64,000 nt of DNA from Candidatus Multivorans sp. (GCA_965224025.1 OZ245033.1:2368001-2432000); one strand, 5' to 3'. Shown: positions 24,998 through 38,184, numbered from the stretch's first letter. Notes: generated by a model from the sequence alone, not told the origin. Made by a program: numbers and translations.

Positions 24998-26487
24998 ATG
25001 AGCCGGCCCGCCGCGGCCATCGCCCATACGCGGGAGTTCCTGGCCGACACCTCGACGCCGCTCGGCGTCTACAGCAAGCTGGCCGCGCATGCGGAGGGCG
25101 ACTCCGGGGCGCGGCGCTTTCTGCTCGAGAGCATCACCGGCGGCGAGCACGTATCGCGCTACAGCTTTCTCGGCGCGAGCCCGTCCCAGGTCTGCCGCGT
25201 GTACATCGACCGGCTCGAGACCCTTGACCTCCGTTCCGGCGGCGGCGTTCAGGTGGAGGCCGGCGATCCACTGCCGAAGCTGCGGCGTCTGCTCGACGGT
25301 GTGACCGCGCATCCGCCGCCGCCGCTGCCGTTCGCGGGGGGTTGGACCTTTGCCTTCGGCTTCGACGCGATCCGGCTCGTCGAGCCGTGCCTGGTCGATC
25401 ACTCGGCCGGCCGGCCACCCGACCCGTTCGGCCTGCCGATCGCGATCCTCGCCCGCTTCGACGACGTGCTCGTGTTCGACCACGCCCGCCAGCGCATCGT
25501 CGCGGTGGCGAACGAGATCGAGGGCGAGTCGACGGCAGCGGAGGCCGAAGTCCGGCTCGATGCGCTGCAGGCGGTTCTCGAGAGCCGCGGTGAGGCGATG
25601 GCGGCGAGGGTCGAGGACCTCGGCGTCAAGGCGGAGACCGCCGACCCCACCCTGAACGACGAGGAGCACAGCCGGGCGGTCAACGCAGCGAAGGAGTACA
25701 TCGCCGCCGGCGACATCTTCCAGGTCGTGCTGGCACGGCGCTGGAAGATCGACCTGGACGTGCCGCCGGCCACCGTCTACCGGGCGTTGCGCCTGGTCAA
25801 CCCGTCGCCGTACATGGTGCTCTTCGAGGCGCCGGAAGTGTCGTTGATCGGTGCTTCACCCGAGATGCTGGTACGGCGCACGGGGAGGCGCCTCGAGGTG
25901 CGGCCGATCGCCGGCACCCGCCCGCGCGGCAGGACCGCGGCGGAGGATCGGGTCCTGGCCGAGGAGTTGATGGCGGACCCGAAGGAGCGCGCGGAGCATG
26001 TGATGCTGGTCGACCTTGGCCGGAACGACCTCGGGCGGGTGGCGTCGCCCGGCGGGGTTTCGGTCGCCGACTTCATGGTGATCGAGCACTACAGCGACGT
26101 GATGCACATCGTCAGCTCGGTCGAGGCGGAGCAGTCCGCCGAGGCCGGAAACGGCGCCGGCTCGGCCCTCGACGCCCTCTTGGCCTGCTTCCCGGCCGGC
26201 ACGCTGTCCGGGGCGCCGAAGATCCGCGCGGTCGAGATCATCGACGAACTCGAGCCGGAGGCGCGGGGCATGTACGGCGGCTCGGTGGGCTACTTCTCGT
26301 TCGGCGGCGACATGGATGCCTGCATCACGATCCGGACGCTGGCGGTCGTGAACGGCGAAGCCTCGATCACCGCCGGCGGCGGCATCGTCGCCGATTCCGA
26401 CCCGGCGCGCGAGGCTCAGGAAACCCGCGACAAGGCCGCGGCGTTGCTGCGGGCGGTGGCGCTGGCGCGTGACCTGGAGGGCCGGGC

Positions 26488-26491
<4 letters not shown>
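24998..26491 (+). CDS. trpE: Anthranilate synthase component I
   Basis: FLLES...SRYSF, GDIFQVVL, NPSPYM, SPEML, EHVMLVDLGRND, GAPKIRA. Confidence 0.95.
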
Positions 26492-27093
<602 letters not shown>

Positions 27094-27219
27094 CTAGGCG
27101 CGACGATGGAACATGCCGGGCTGTACCTGACTGAGGAGCAACGACTCACGCGCGATGCACCGCCGGTCGAATGCCGCGGAGTTTCTCCGCGGACTGCCGG
27201 AACTACTGTGAGGCGACGA

Positions 27220-28260
27220 ATGACTGATCTCGATCTTTCGACCCTGTTGCGAACGGCGATCGCCGGCGAGGACCTCCCCGCCGCGACGGTGGAGGAGCTG
27301 TTCGGCCGCCTGATGGACGGCGAACTCTCCGAGGTGTGGAAGAGCGCGTTCCTGGTCGCGCTGGCGGCCAAGGGCGAGTCGGTGGGCGAGATCGCAGGCG
27401 CCGCCCGGGCGATGCGGGCGCGGGCGGCGCGGGTGCGGCGCACGAGTTCCGGGGTGATCGACACCTGCGGCACTGGCGGCGACGGCCGGGGCACGTTCAA
27501 CATCTCGACCGCGGCCGCGCTGGTGGCGGCGGCGGGCGGCGCGCGGGTGGCCAAGCACGGCAACCGCGCGGTGTCGAGCCGCTCCGGTTCGGCGGACGTG
27601 CTCGACGCTCTCGGCGTGCAGCTCTCCGGCGACACGGCGGCGCTCGGGCGTTGCCTCGACGAGGTCGGCATCGCGTTTCTGTTCGCGCCCATGCTCCACC
27701 CGGCCATGGCCCAGGTGATGCCGGTGCGGCGCGAGCTCGGCGTGCGCACGCTGTTCAACGTGCTGGGGCCGCTGACCAACCCGGCGGGCGCGAAGCGGCA
27801 GTTGATCGGCGTCTTCGCGTCGGAGTTGGTCGAACCGATCGCGCACGTGCTGCTCGAGCTCGGAAGCGAGCACGCCCTGGTCGTTCACGGCGACGGTCTG
27901 GACGAGATCACGACCACCGGGACGACCGCGGTCGCCGAGGTGCGGGGCGGCGAGGTCCGCACGTTCGAAGTTCATCCGCGCGACTTCGGGATCGCCGAGG
28001 CGTCGCCGGACGACCTGGTCGGCGGCGACCCCGAGCGGAACGTGGAGCTGATGCGGGGCGTGCTGGGTGGCGGCGGCGGCGCCCTTGCCGACATCACCTG
28101 CCTCAACGCCGGGGCCGCGCTCTTGGTCGCCGGCAGGGCGGACGACCTCGCCGCGGGTGTTGCCGCCGCATTCGAGGTTCAGCGCTCGGGAGCGGCCGCC
28201 GGCAAGCTCGAACAGCTCGCGGGTTGGTCCGGCTGGGAGCACGGAGGCGGTGGAGACTGA
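27220..28260 (+). CDS. trpD: Anthranilate phosphoribosyltransferase
   Basis: DTCGTGGDG, FNIST, KHGNRAVSSRSGSAD, GPLTNPA. Confidence 0.95.
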   Translation: MTDLDLSTLLRTAIAGEDLPAATVEELFGRLMDGELSEVWKSAFLVALAAKGESVGEIAGAARAMRARAARVRRTSSGVIDTCGTGGDGRGTFNISTAAALVAAAGGARVAKHGNRAVSSRSGSADVLDALGVQLSGDTAALGRCLDEVGIAFLFAPMLHPAMAQVMPVRRELGVRTLFNVLGPLTNPAGAKRQLIGVFASELVEPIAHVLLELGSEHALVVHGDGLDEITTTGTTAVAEVRGGEVRTFEVHPRDFGIAEASPDDLVGGDPERNVELMRGVLGGGGGALADITCLNAGAALLVAGRADDLAAGVAAAFEVQRSGAAAGKLEQLAGWSGWEHGGGGD

Positions 28261-28261
28261 G

Positions 28262-29230
28262 GTGTCCGAAGTACCCGACATCCTGCGCCGCATCTGCGAA
28301 CAGCGTCGCCAGCGCGTCTCGCCCGCATCTGGCTCCGCCCCTGGGAACCCGGGTGGCGCGATCCGCGCACCCGGCGCGCCGACGGGGCTCGGATCGCGCC
28401 ACCCGCGAACCACTCCGGGCACCCGTCATCGGGCGCCCGGATGGCACCCGGGCATCCTGCCCGCATCCGGCTCTGCCTCGCCAGGCCTCGCCGCCGACGC
28501 TCCCGGCCGCCGTTTCCTCGACGCCATCTCCACCCGTCGCGGCCGTGCCGTGATCGCCGAGATCAAGATGGGCTCGCCCAAGCTCGGCGACCTCCGCGGC
28601 CTCTTCGACCCGGTCGCGCGGGCCGAAACCTACGCGGCGGCCGGCGCCGCCTGCCTGTCGGTGGTGGTCGAGCCGGACCACTTCTACGGCAGCTACGAGC
28701 TGCTCGCGGACTGCGCCGCCGCCTCCGGCCTGCCCGCGGTGGCGAAGGATTTCGTGGTCTCCGACGTGCAGCTCGAATGGGCGCGCGACGCCGGCGCCTC
28801 CGCGGTCCTCCTGCTCGCCGCGCTCTACGATGCCGCGGAGCTGCGGCGACTGGCGGCGCTTGCCCGGGGCTTGAGTCTCGTGCCCCTGATCGAGGCTCAC
28901 GACGACGAGGACTTCGAGAAGCTGCGGCCGAGCGGTCGCGACGGAGACGGGGGCGGCGACCACGAATGGGAACTCGTCGGGATCAACAACCGCGACCTCC
29001 GCACCTTCGAGGTCGACCTGGAACGGAGCGCCGACCGCGTCGGCCGCCTGCCGGCGTCCGCTCTCAAGGTCGCCGAGTCCGGGATTCACAATGCCGCCGA
29101 CGTTGCGAAGCTGCGCAGGGCCGGTTTCGACGCCTTCCTCATCGGCGAACGCCTGGTGCTCTCCGGCGACCCGGCGGCCGCGCTCGCGGAACTGCTGGGC
29201 GAGCCGGCAATCTCCGGAGTGACCCCATGA
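28262..29230 (+). CDS. trpC: Indole-3-glycerol phosphate synthase with N-terminal repeat insertion
   Basis: VIAEIKMGSP, KDF, GINNRDLRTFEVD, VAESGI, FLIGE. Confidence 0.92.
   Translation: MSEVPDILRRICEQRRQRVSPASGSAPGNPGGAIRAPGAPTGLGSRHPRTTPGTRHRAPGWHPGILPASGSASPGLAADAPGRRFLDAISTRRGRAVIAEIKMGSPKLGDLRGLFDPVARAETYAAAGAACLSVVVEPDHFYGSYELLADCAAASGLPAVAKDFVVSDVQLEWARDAGASAVLLLAALYDAAELRRLAALARGLSLVPLIEAHDDEDFEKLRPSGRDGDGGGDHEWELVGINNRDLRTFEVDLERSADRVGRLPASALKVAESGIHNAADVAKLRRAGFDAFLIGERLVLSGDPAAALAELLGEPAISGVTP
28314..28470 (+). repeat. REP-like composite, in frame within trpC
   Basis: Modules C-A-A'-B-C; modules B/C are read in a different frame than in hisD. Confidence 0.85.
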
Positions 29231-29864
29231 AGGTCAAGATCTGCGGCGTCACCACGCCCGCGGACGCCCGGCTCGCCGTCGACCTCGGCGCCGACTTCGT
29301 CGGCCTCAACTTCTACCGTCCCAGCCCACGCTGGATCGCCGTCGACGAGGCCGCCCGCATCCGCCGCGCAGTCGGGGACCAGGCGCAAGCCGTCGGCATC
29401 TTCGTGAACCTCCCGCGCGAGCAGGTCGAGGCGATCGACCGGCAGGTCGGCCTGGACTACCTCCAGTTCAGCGGCGACGAGAGCCCGGAACTTGTTGCCG
29501 AGTTCAGGGACCGCGCGATCCGCGTCCGCCGCCTCGGCGGCGCGGCCGCCGCTCCGGCCCCGATCTCCGAGGAGGACTGCTGGGCGGTCCTGATCGACCG
29601 GGCCCACGACCGCCTCTACGGCGGTTCCGGCGAGAGCTGGAACTACGCGGCGGCGGCCGATCTCGCGCTGGCGCCGGCCGGGGAAAGGGCGCGGCGCGTC
29701 TTCATAGCCGGCGGCATCGGCCCCGGCAATATCGCGGAGGTCGTCGCGGCAGTGCCCGGCGCCTACGCCGTCGACACATGTTCGGGGGTCGAGTCCTCGC
29801 CCGGACACAAGGACCGCGCCAAGCTTGAGCAACTGTTCGCCAACCTCGCCGGGAGACCCGCACG

Positions 29865-29868
<4 letters not shown>
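29227..29868 (+). CDS. trpF: Phosphoribosylanthranilate isomerase
   Basis: [41 protein letters not shown]. Confidence 0.95.
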
Positions 29869-31156
<1,288 letters not shown>

Positions 31157-31160
<4 letters not shown>

Positions 31161-31987
31161 GCCCTCTCCGCAAGCGCTCGTCCCGCAACGGCGCCATCGC
31201 CGCCGCATTCGCCGGCTGCTCCAGGCAGAAGCGAGCCGCCTTCATCCCCTTCCTGGTCGCCGGCGATCCCTCGCTCGACGCCACGCCCGACCTGCTGCGC
31301 GCCCTGGTGGCCGGTGGCGCCGACGTGATCGAACTCGGCGTCGCCTTCAGCGATCCGATCGCCGACGGGCCGACGATCCAGCGTGCCTCGCACCGCGCCC
31401 TCGCCGCCGGCTCGTCGCTCAGCACCGTGCTGGGAATCGTCGAGCGCCACCGGGACGAACTCGGCGTTCCGATCGTCCTCTTCACCTACTACAACCCCGT
31501 CCACGCCCGCGGCGCCCTGACCTTCGCCGCTCAGGCCGCCGACAGCGGCGTCGATGGCGTGTTGTGCGTCGACCTGCCGCCCGACGAGGGCCTGCGCGAA
31601 CTCCAGCCGGCCCTCTCAGAGAGCGGCGTCGACTCGATCTACCTGATCGCCGCCACCAGCACGAAGAAGCGCATCGACCGCGCTTCCGCGGCATCGAACG
31701 GCTTCGTGTACTACACCGCCCGCTCCGACGTCACCGGCGAGCGCGACGACCTGATCCCCACGCTGGCGCGGGAAGTGAAGCGCGTACGCCGGCGGGTGCG
31801 CCTTCCCGTCGCCGTCGGCTTCGGCATCTCGACGCCTACGCAGGTCGAGGAAGTGGCCCAGGTGGCCCACGGCGTCGTCGTCGGCAGTTCCCTGGTGCGT
31901 CTGGTCGAGGAGAACGCAGCCGAGCCGGATCTGGCGGCGCGGCTCGAACGCCGCGTCGGCGAGTTGACGGCTGCCCTGGGCCGCTAA
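31157..31987 (+). CDS. trpA: Tryptophan synthase alpha
   Basis: [32 protein letters not shown]. Confidence 0.95.
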
Positions 31988-32369
31988 CGCCGCTCTCGGC
32001 GGCGTCAGCCGCGCAGAGGAACGCGGCCGTTGTCGGCGCCTGTGGACGCCGGACGACCGGCGAGGGGGAGGAAAGTGACCGGATCTGGCCCGTCTTGAGT
32101 GAAAATGGCCGAGATCTGCTAGATAGTGGCCGGTTTTCTGCCGTGCGCCTCTCTAGGTCTAGGCTGTCGAGGCAGTAACCACTACAACATTCGTGTAGGA
32201 CCGTCTGTTTGCGAGATGTGGGAGAGAATGGCTGAGGCTTGTTGGGAGCGTTACGAGCGCTGTCAGGAAGCGAACCCGCATTCGCGCCGACCATGCCAGA
32301 ACATCAGAGAAGAATGCTAGGGCTGGCCGAAGGCCGCGTTCCTTTGAAGCGGAGAGGCGCTGCGGACAA

Positions 32370-32417
32370 GAAGGTGCGAGGCTGACGCCTCGCGCAGTGT
32401 TTCTCGGAAAGCCGGCC
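32370..32417 (+). repeat. Dispersed repeat family B, copy 1
   Basis: 44/48 identical to 47276-47323. Confidence 0.75.
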
Positions 32418-32578
32418 GGAGTCCGGCGTACCCAGCGGGAGACCTCGCTGGAACTACGGCCGCAGAGTTGAACGACATGCTCGTCGGTCTGAGGCGAAGC
32501 CTCGCTAGCTCTAGCGGCAGGCTCCGCGCTGCGAGCGCCGGCCTCCGGCTCCAGTCTCCATACTGGGTGTGGCGGCGG

Positions 32579-32998
32579 TCAGAATGGGTTGACGACGGTC
32601 AGCGATTCGATCTCCTGGCCGTCCTGGAGGTCTTCGCTGTAGAGCACCTTGCAGTGCGACTCCAGGGCCGCCGCGACGATCAGCGAATCGTAGAAACTGA
32701 ATCGCCACCGCCGGTGGAGCGAGAGCGCCGTTTCGTAGAGGGAGATGCTGGGGAAGACAGAGCACAGCGGATCCAGCACCTCACGCAGGTAGCGGAGCGC
32801 CTGTTCGTCCGAGAGAGGGCGCTCGAACTTCCGCAGGGCAACGTTCAGGAACTCCTGCACGACCTGGGAACTCACCACTCCATCGCCGGTCCCCAGTGCA
32901 CGTTCCACCAGGCCGCGGGCGCGAGCTTGCTTTGCGGGGTCCCGTCGATCGAAGGTGTACACGAAGATGTTGGTGTCCAGAAAGAACTCAGCGGGCAT
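32579..32998 (-). CDS. vapC: PIN-domain toxin
   Basis: FLDTNIFVY, SSQVVQEF, SFYDSLIVAAA, LYSEDLQDG. Confidence 0.92.
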   Translation of the reverse strand: MPAEFFLDTNIFVYTFDRRDPAKQARARGLVERALGTGDGVVSSQVVQEFLNVALRKFERPLSDEQALRYLREVLDPLCSVFPSISLYETALSLHRRWRFSFYDSLIVAAALESHCKVLYSEDLQDGQEIESLTVVNPF

Positions 32999-33215
32999 TC
33001 ATCTCATCCCGCGAGAATCGACGGCCAGGCGAGACCTCCGTCGTCGCCTCCATGAATCGGCGGTAGTCCTTGACCCGGCGTTTGCCCTGCTGGTTGCGGG
33101 CGTACTGTCCGAGCCAGACACGGAACTCCGCGTTCAGAGTCGTCCTTCTCCGCCGGGCCTCTTCGCGAGCGGCCTCTATGAGTTTTTGGTCGGCACTGAG
33201 GGTGATGTTTCTCAC
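32988..33215 (-). CDS. Antitoxin (RHH-like) paired with vapC
   Basis: MRNITLSADQKLIEAAR...FSRDEMNAR; overlaps the toxin start. Confidence 0.8.
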   Translation of the reverse strand: MRNITLSADQKLIEAAREEARRRRTTLNAEFRVWLGQYARNQQGKRRVKDYRRFMEATTEVSPGRRFSRDEMNAR

Positions 33216-33315
33216 GGCTTCCTCACTATTGCAGTGTACACGATGTCATAGTGTACACGAGTGCCGTGGGCCTAGCAGCGTGCGCGGCAGAACTCCGAGA
33301 GGGCGGCGCTTCGCG

Positions 33316-33417
33316 CCGGATGCGGGGCAGGGTTGCCCGCGCGCCATCCGTGCTCCCGATGACGGGCGCACGGAGTGGTTCGCGTGTGGCGCGGGTCGCG
33401 CCGCACGGGTTCCCAAG
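33316..33417 (-). repeat. REP-like composite A+B+C, intergenic
   Basis: Reverse complement matches the hisD insertion. Confidence 0.8.
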
Positions 33418-33442
33418 TCAGATCGTCCTACCGCGCACGCTC

Positions 33443-35221
33443 CTAGCGTCCCTCGGTCGCGGTGTCCCCGGAGGGCACGGTCACCGGTTCACGAACCAGC
33501 GACATCACTCCCGTCGTCTCGTCCCGGACGCCGACAGCGACCTGGTATCCGCCCTCCGGCAGCTTCATCGCGACTTCGACACGGTAGATGCCGTCCACCG
33601 CCGGGACACCCGTTGCGCCGCCGACGGTGACCGTCTTCTGGCGGACGGTGGTGCGGGCACCCTTCTCGTCTTTGACGGCGACGAGCCAGAACCGGAGCTG
33701 GGCCGTCGCGTTGCGCGTTTCGCCGTCCTTGCCGGGAAGCGTCACAACGGACTCCGCGGGCACGCTGACGGCGACCGTCAACTCGTGGACCTTCTTTTCT
33801 TTCGGCGTCGTGCCGCCGAAATCGATGGCGGCGGCGAGGGGGTTCTCCGCGTTGCCAAGGTAGGCGACGGAGAGAAGCCGCTCGGCCAGCCGTTCGTCCA
33901 GCGACTTGTCGCGGTAGGTGCGCCGGTACTCGATCCTCCGCCCCTTTTCGGCCCCGGGTGCGAGCAGAACGGAGAGCTGCCGAACCTGGCCCAGTTTGCG
34001 TTCCTCGGAGAAGAATCCCAGAGAGTACGAGGCGGAGAGTTGTCCGGTCATGTCGTCGAGGAGGATCGCCAGATCGTTCGCGTTGGTCAGTGCCTTGCCG
34101 CCGGTCTCATGGGCCAGCAGGTGGAGCCCGCTCTGCGCGTTCATTGCCCGCAGGCTCACGTTGCGGAAGGAGGGTGACAGTTGGGGGTTGTCCAGCGCGA
34201 TATCGGGGCTGGCGCTCCTGAGGCCGGCAGCATCCAGAGCGTAGAAGGTGACGCGATTCGAGTTGGCATGAGCCGAGATCCGGTTGAACCGGCGGCTCTC
34301 GTCGTACTGCGTCATCTCCGACATCATCTCCGAGGGTGCGGTGGGGCGCGGGTCCCTGCAGAGTTCGTTTCCCAGGTAGTCGAGAAGGGAGATACCCGGC
34401 CGTTGGGGCAGGCCGTCCGTGACGTACACGACGGCCTTCTTGCCGGGCACGCCAGCCAGTGTCGTCACGAGATCGGCGAGACCGTCGACCGCGATCGCCG
34501 TGTTCGTCGCCTGGTTGTCTGCGTACTGGCGCGCCAGCGAAAGCAGTTCACCCCAGTTGTCCTCGCATGGGCGGCAGTAGGGCGCCATTCTGCAGAACTC
34601 GTGGCTGTCGATCAGGCTCTTGATGGCGAAACGGTGAGCGCCATCGCCGTTCTGGATCGCCCGCGGAGACCCTTTCGGCACGGCCGCCACGCCCTCCACG
34701 ATCGCATTCAGGTCGGGCGTCGGCGGCACGAGGACCTCGAGGCGGTCGACGAACCGGGCGAGCATGAAGCTCGCGTCCATGGTTCGCCACGGTCCAATCG
34801 CAGCCTCCAGCCGTCGCAGCAGACGAGTGCGGTGGGGTGGGAAGATGTTCAGGTCGTCGAGGTAGAAAACGACGGTGAGCGGACCTTCGTCCGCAGTGCC
34901 GGGCCTGGCTTCGTTGCGGACGGCAGGGCGTTCCCTGTTGCGTCGGCCGGTCCGTTCCTCCACGTAGATCGCCGACTCGAAGAAGTTCGAGATCTCGACC
35001 GGCTGACCATCCACGTACAGTTCGAAGTCTCCGCGGGTCAAGCCCTTGACCGGGCGGCCCTTCCTGTCCGTGACGACGGCATCGACTTCGACCACTTGCA
35101 CATCGACGGAGTCGACGAAGGGTTGGGTCGGCTGTGCCCGCAGCAGTGTCGAGCCGGCGAGGCTCAGCAACAGCGCCGCAAACAACGGAGCGGATCCGCG
35201 ATTGTGGTCAGTGAGTGTCAC
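33443..35221 (-). CDS. Exported VWFA-related (acidobacterial-type) domain protein; start uncertain
   Basis: Signal peptide, VVEVDAVVTDRKGRPVKGLTRGDFEL, KKAVVYVTDG, LAHETGG. Confidence 0.8.
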   Translation of the reverse strand: MTLTDHNRGSAPLFAALLLSLAGSTLLRAQPTQPFVDSVDVQVVEVDAVVTDRKGRPVKGLTRGDFELYVDGQPVEISNFFESAIYVEERTGRRNRERPAVRNEARPGTADEGPLTVVFYLDDLNIFPPHRTRLLRRLEAAIGPWRTMDASFMLARFVDRLEVLVPPTPDLNAIVEGVAAVPKGSPRAIQNGDGAHRFAIKSLIDSHEFCRMAPYCRPCEDNWGELLSLARQYADNQATNTAIAVDGLADLVTTLAGVPGKKAVVYVTDGLPQRPGISLLDYLGNELCRDPRPTAPSEMMSEMTQYDESRRFNRISAHANSNRVTFYALDAAGLRSASPDIALDNPQLSPSFRNVSLRAMNAQSGLHLLAHETGGKALTNANDLAILLDDMTGQLSASYSLGFFSEERKLGQVRQLSVLLAPGAEKGRRIEYRRTYRDKSLDERLAERLLSVAYLGNAENPLAAAIDFGGTTPKEKKVHELTVAVSVPAESVVTLPGKDGETRNATAQLRFWLVAVKDEKGARTTVRQKTVTVGGATGVPAVDGIYRVEVAMKLPEGGYQVAVGVRDETTGVMSLVREPVTVPSGDTATEGR

Positions 35222-36191
35222 CGTCTTGCCTCCTGCGCCCTTTCCCCGGAGCCGGTTTGTTCCCTTGACGGAGGAACGCAGCAACTTCTGTGCCTGATAG
35301 TCGCCCCCGGCGCTCAGGAGTCCCGTCCCCATGGACGAACCGCTCGACTTCTCCGTGAACCCGCTCCACGGTGCGCCGCGAGGGGCCGGGCGTGACCGTC
35401 GATACGGCGATGGCCAGGAGCGTGTTCACCGTCAGTCCCCACAGCCCGCCGTGCATGCCGAGCGGATGCGCGTCCCATGGCAGGTCGACGCCGAGGTCGA
35501 GGCCCAGAGTCAGTGCGAGGGTGACCAGTCCCGCCCCCAGTCCGACGACCACTCCGGCGCGGCTGAGAGAACGGCCGCCGGGGAAGCAGACGCCGACGAT
35601 CGCGGGCATCAATTGCAGAGCGCCGGCGCCGGAGAGGGTGACGATCGCCACCAGCAGATCGCTCTCCGTGATCGAGAGCGCGAACGCCACGGCCAGCAGG
35701 GCGACGACGATCAACCGGCCGATCAGCACGTAGTGCGCCTGACTGCGGCCCTGCGCCACGTACCGCTGGTACACGTCCCGGGTGAGGACGGTCATGTTCG
35801 CGTGCAGGATCGAGTCGAGCGTGGACATCGCGGCCGCGGCGGCGCCGGCGAGGATGATCCCGGTCAACCAGGCGGGCGCATACCGGAACAGGAGCTCCGG
35901 AAAGATGCGATCCGCCTGCGCGAGTTCGGGCAGCACGACGGCGCCGCCCAGCCCGACCAGCGCCGCCGGGATGTAGAGGGTCATCAGGTAGATCGGCGTC
36001 GTCGCGCCGAGCAGCTTGAGGGTCTTGCCATCCACGGCGGTATAGAAGCGGATCATCATGTGGGGCTGGAAGACGATGCCGAACGACAGGGTGACCACCA
36101 TGCCGACCCACATGCCGGGGGTGAAGAACCCCTCGGGTCCGGGCAGTGTCAGCATCTCGGGCCGCTCGGCGGCGACCCGTTGCCAGAGTTC
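35208..36191 (-). pseudogene. Sodium:solute symporter, C-terminal half only
   Basis: ELWQRVAAERPEMLTLPG...AAAMSTLDSILH; N-terminal helices absent. Confidence 0.75.
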
Positions 36192-36349
36192 AAGCGGGCC
36201 CGTCTTCGACGTCCTTGGCGCGCGATGCCGCGAAGCTGTCTTTGCGATTCCGCCGTTCGCCGACGTCGAGTTCGTAGCCTTCGTCGGCGCGGATGGCGCG
36301 AAAGTCGGCGAAATTGGTCCGCGAGCGTCTTCCCGGTGGGTTCGTTCAC
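36190..36349 (-). pseudogene. Small antitoxin-like fragment with a 1-nt frameshift
   Basis: VNEPTGKTLADQF / ADFRAIRADEGYELDVGERRNRKDSFA join if one base of AAA 36311-36313 is removed. Confidence 0.35.
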
Positions 36350-36388
36350 AACTACTACGATACAGGCTTGTCCCAGGGCCCTTTGCAG

Positions 36389-37375
36389 ATGACCCCCCGT
36401 TCCACGGCCGCGCTTCAGGCCGTGGTCGCCGGCATTCTGTTCTCGACCGGGGGCGCGGCGGTCAAGGCCACTGAGCTCGATGCCTGGCAAGTGGCGGGGA
36501 CACGGTCCCTGGTCGCCGCGGCAGTGCTGCTGATCGCGATTCCGGCGGCGCGGCAGTGGTCCGGCGGTCCGGGACGAACCGCTGGAGCCGCCGTCTCCGC
36601 CTGGTGGCGCAGAGCGGCGCGGCGGCGCGCCCTGCTCCTGACCCTGGGGACCGGCTGCTGCTACTGCCTGACCCTGGTGCTGTTCGTGCACGCGAACAAG
36701 CGGACCACGGCCGCCGAGACGATCTTCCTGCAGTCGACTGCGCCGCTGTTCGTGCTGCTGCTGGCGCCCATCCTGCTGCGCGAGCGCCCGGGGGCGAGGC
36801 AGCTTCTATTCGTGCCGCTGTTCGGCGCCGGGTTGGTGATGGCGTTCTTCGGCGGCGCCGATGCGGCGGCGACCGCGCCCGATCCCCGGACCGGGAACGT
36901 GCTCGCCACGTTCTGCGGTCTGGCGTACGGCCTGACCCTGATGGGTCTGCGCGCCGCCGGCCGCCCGCCGTCGGCGGCAGCAATCGGTACGCCGGGCGAA
37001 GTGTCCTCTGCAGGGGACGGCGGTGCTGTCCGCGCGCCGGGCATCGCGGCCGCGGCCTGCGGCAACGTGATCGTGTGCCTCGCCTGCCTGCCGGTCATGG
37101 CGCCGCTCCGTGGCGTCGATCCCGGGGATCTGGGGATCGTGGTGCTTCTCGGGCTGTTCCAGGTCGCTCTCGCGTATGTCTTCGTGACCCGCGCCGCCCG
37201 CATCCTGGAGGCCCCTGTTCTCGCGTTGCTGCTGCTCCTGGAGCCGGCGCTCAGTCCGCTCTGGGCGATGTGGTTCCACGGAGAACATCCGCATCTGCTG
37301 ACCTGGCTGGGCGGTGGGATCGTCGCGCTGGCCACGGTGCTGCTGGCGACGGTGGTGCGGTCCGCTGAGGAGTAG
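36389..37375 (+). CDS. DMT/EamA family transporter
   Basis: LFSTGGAAVK, IFLQSTAPLFV, LLEPALSPLW; about 10 hydrophobic segments. Confidence 0.88.
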   Translation: MTPRSTAALQAVVAGILFSTGGAAVKATELDAWQVAGTRSLVAAAVLLIAIPAARQWSGGPGRTAGAAVSAWWRRAARRRALLLTLGTGCCYCLTLVLFVHANKRTTAAETIFLQSTAPLFVLLLAPILLRERPGARQLLFVPLFGAGLVMAFFGGADAAATAPDPRTGNVLATFCGLAYGLTLMGLRAAGRPPSAAAIGTPGEVSSAGDGGAVRAPGIAAAACGNVIVCLACLPVMAPLRGVDPGDLGIVVLLGLFQVALAYVFVTRAARILEAPVLALLLLLEPALSPLWAMWFHGEHPHLLTWLGGGIVALATVLLATVVRSAEE

Positions 37376-37490
37376 CGCCGCCAAACCCGTCGCAGGCTCC
37401 GTGTTTGGCCCCATCCCCCACCTCACCAATAGCTCGCGCCGCAGAACTCGCTTCGCGTCGTTTTCTGCTGCGCAAGCTCTTGGAGCGCTA
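37374..37490. repeat. Dispersed two-hairpin element C, copy 1
   Basis: 37374-37428 matches 58788-58842 with 3 mismatches; followed by a long hairpin. Confidence 0.75.
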
Positions 37491-37581
37491 CGGTCTGCTA
37501 AACAATCGCCTCCTGCGGCGTCTTCACCACTGAACCCACCGGCGCGCCGAGCCGGTACACCCGGAGCCAAGGAGACGCCGT

Positions 37582-38184
37582 TTGACGATTGCAAGCCTGA
37601 TGACCGCGGAGCCGCCCGCAGCGCCTCCCCCGATGCCGGACTCCACCGGGGCGGGGCCGCAGGAGCTGTTCGAAGAGCATCACCAACTCATCTTCCGCAC
37701 TGCCTGGCGGGTCACCGGCAACGCGAACGACGCGGAAGACGTCCTGCAGACGATCTTCCTGCGGCTCCTGAAGCGGCCCCCCGCGGCGCTTGAGACGGGA
37801 AACGCCGGCGGCTACCTGCGGCGGGCGGCGATCAACGCCTCGCTCGATCTGATCCGGGCCCGCAAGCGTTCCCGCCTGGTGGCGCTCGATCAGCATTTCA
37901 TCGAGGAAATGGAACCGGCCGGGGACGGAGCGAGCGACCCGGGTCGGCGCTTTGCCTCCCTGGAACTGCGCGACCGGCTGCGGCGGGAGCTGGCGAAGGT
38001 GAACCCGCGGGCGGCGGAGATGTTCGTTCTCCGCTACTTCGAGGGCTACCGAAACTCGGAGATCGGCCCGATGATGGGTACTTCGCGCATGACCGTGGCG
38101 GTGACGCTGCATCGCCTCCGCAAGAAGTTGAGACTGACGCTGGCGGACGAGCGAGGACAGAAAGGAAAAGGAGTGCAGACGTGA
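37582..38184 (+). CDS. ECF RNA polymerase sigma factor
   Basis: DAEDVLQTIFLRL, AINASLDLIRAR, FVLRYFEGYRNSEI; AGGAG SD before TTG. Confidence 0.92.
   Translation: MTIASLMTAEPPAAPPPMPDSTGAGPQELFEEHHQLIFRTAWRVTGNANDAEDVLQTIFLRLLKRPPAALETGNAGGYLRRAAINASLDLIRARKRSRLVALDQHFIEEMEPAGDGASDPGRRFASLELRDRLRRELAKVNPRAAEMFVLRYFEGYRNSEIGPMMGTSRMTVAVTLHRLRKKLRLTLADERGQKGKGVQT

Noticed and set aside
27106-27219. N-terminal extension of trpD
   Set aside because: Not TrpD-like; ATG 27220 fits the family start
32126-32320. 64-aa Cys-rich ORF in a lower-GC spacer (RiPP-like?)
   Set aside because: No clear SD or leader and no modifying enzymes nearby; unsupported
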